A stretch of 62,440 nucleotides of DNA, counting the filler, from Basidiobolus ranarum (lineage: Eukaryota): NCBI GenBank assembly GCA_040143965.1. It is 30 parts of 30 records of this genome, joined end to end, with 100 filler letters (N's around TTAATTAATTAA, not from the genome) between each part and the next. Parts side by side here need not be neighbours in the genome. Positions count along the whole stretch, not along the records: positions 60,468 to 62,440 come from JASJQH010010867.1; 29 more parts are not named here. One strand, given 5' to 3'. Below, piece by piece: positions 60,468 through 62,440 of this stretch; positions within the stretch are counted from its first letter, which is position 1; every line of letters begins with the position of its first letter. The translations under genes and the position numbers were made by a program. The notes beneath the pieces were generated by a model. That model had not been told where the DNA came from. It made no database searches and saw only the letters and a list, made by a program, of their open reading frames with translations.

Positions 60468-61178
60468 CCTCGTTCGAAAGAGTTAGGCTTGGTCAGGACG
60501 AAGATCTTGGTAGCCATGTAGATGATACTGGCGGCCACACCAGCAGCTATTGGTGAGACGAACCAGGAAGTCACGATCTTTGCAACTCCACTATATCCCC
60601 AGTCAACACTTTCCACTCCAAAGGCGGCGATTCCTACACCAATGATAGAGCCAACAATGGAATGTGTAGTAGAGACTGGCCAGCCATTTCGAGTTGCGAA
60701 GAGAACCCATAACGATGATCCAACGACTGCACAAACCATAGCAAGCTAATAAAATAACAAATCAAAAAAGCAAGTTGGTTAGATATTATTGGCTGAGAGG
60801 GTGAGAAATCAAGGAGAGCACCGAGAGAGAAAGAGAATAAGGATGAGATAGAAACTGGAGAGGGAGAGGGATACTAATGCAATCATAATGAGTGTTGAAG
60901 TAGCTGCTGCTTACCATAAGAAGCTCTGGCTGTCCGGCAAAATTTTCCAAGGCAATGATTTTTCCACGGATGGTCTCTGAGGTTCCTGAGCCGAGAAGGA
61001 AGGCTCCTAAGAACTCAGTGAATACGGCAATAGCACAAGCCTGAGCAAGAGTTAAAGACTTTGAGGCGACCGAGGTTGAGAATGAGTTGGCTACATCGTT
61101 AGCACCGATGCCATAGGCATCTAGCATAGCAAAAATGAGGCCGACCACAAAGAGCCAAGTATAATCATGAATTTCCAT
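60468..61178 (-). CDS. PHO89: PiT-family sodium/phosphate symporter (Pho89/PHO-4-like), 3'-truncated. Exons 61178-60915 and 60745-<60468
   Basis: GIGANDVANSFSTSV and WPVSTTHSIVG signatures, with a 169-nt GTAAG...TAG intron in phase 0. Confidence 0.92.
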
Positions 61179-62440
61179 TTTATCGTGAAGATACTGATGC
61201 TGTATACCCTAGTGAACTTTGGTTGTACACTTCAATCAACAGCAAGTCTGGTGAGTTATATAGACTGATCACGTCTAGTTACTACTATTGCCTTTCTGGC
61301 TATCTGGGATGCATGGCACAGATGGTGATGCTCATTGGCTTAGATACCGATCATTAGTTAAGGGAATCAGAACAACAGCTATCTTCTATATGTACCACCT
61401 CATGGCTACGTTCTCGTACATGACTGGCTTGTCATTAAGATTTAGCAAAGATAAAAGAGGGTTGCCTTGTTAGATTCGGGTGATACGCTCAAAAGCATAT
61501 TCAGTAAAGGCAATACTTTCCTTTAGAATATCGAAGTTAAAGTGAATCAAGATAACACCATCTGTATATGTTAAGAGCATGAGAAATAGCATATCTTTTG
61601 AGTAGTAAAAATCAGGTATATTCAAATTCTGAGATGTGGCTGACTGATGATTCGCCTATTGAAAATTCTGAGTTAAATAGTGCTAAACTATTTTGGATAA
61701 TAATATTATATTAGGTTATATTCACGATGCTATTTTTTAAAAGAAGCAGTGGTTTTAGGTTACGATTTTAGGTTATAGATGGCTGACATTCCAAACAAAC
61801 TAATCTGTGCAACATAGTACAACCGTAATAGTAACTAGGTTGTGAAGGATAGTCATTTTGTACTACACATATCATGTTCCATTTGTTTGTATTTCTAAAG
61901 AGTTTGTCCACTTTTCATAGAGTATAATCCTAGCAAATCATGTTGGATAGTCAAATTAATTTATACATTCTCGCATGAAATAAAATATACCAACGCAATC
62001 ACTAATTGAGAAGCAACAGTTATTGTGCTTTGACCAAACTCCATGTACCATATCTTGCACGGATCTCGGCTCAACAAAATACGAAGTTCCCTAGTAGCTG
62101 ATTCTTTTCCAACTAAATCTTAGACCATAGAGAGATTTAAGCAACTAAATGATATATCTTCAAAGCGAGAGTCGAGATTCATTCGCCATTTTCAGTTATT
62201 ACACTTCGACGCTACGGCATCGGGAATTTGAGAGGATCAAACACCAAGAGTGTATTGTACCTAGGGCGACAGTCAAGTTCAGTTGCAATTAATGTTCATG
62301 TTTATTTAGTAGTTTATTTTGCACAGACGGTACAGTGAATGAAATAATGCTTAAATGGTGGATGCAATTAGTTTAGGTGCATAAGCAGCAAAAGAGAACA
62401 CAAGTCCTGCAATTAGTCCAGCACAAGGAAGTGTCAGAAT

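Overview
This window is not a contiguous locus. It is 30 small contigs (about 1993 to 1973 bp, sorted by decreasing length) joined by 29 artificial 100-nt spacers (N44-TTAATTAATTAA-N44), so no adjacency across a spacer is meaningful. The DNA is eukaryotic and fungal-looking: GT-AG introns of 61-169 nt occur in UPF3 and a PiT transporter, alongside eL15, ODC, ADH and CsbD/HMP1-like genes. An early-diverging fungus such as Basidiobolus is my inference only. About half of the contigs are nested, CpG-depleted transposon relics. These include several Ty1/Copia families (two with a Ty5/copia-type half-tRNAiMet PBS), a chromodomain Ty3/Gypsy family, a non-chromodomain Gypsy and a possible LINE. The dominant repeat ('element C') is a CACTA/CMC-like DNA transposon with CCCTAACA(A/G)AAAT termini. 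Its divergent two-gene architecture (Tnp2/DUF4218-type transposase plus an unknown ORF2) can be rebuilt from fragments on different contigs. The other contigs carry CpG-normal host genes or pseudogenes, including a bacterial-like alpha/beta hydrolase. The best leads are the reconstructed element C, a ~20-bp stem bracketing the polypurine tract in two Copia families, CpG-specific decay of the repeats and the candidate horizontal transfer. Family letters A-I are my own labels. No database searches were run.
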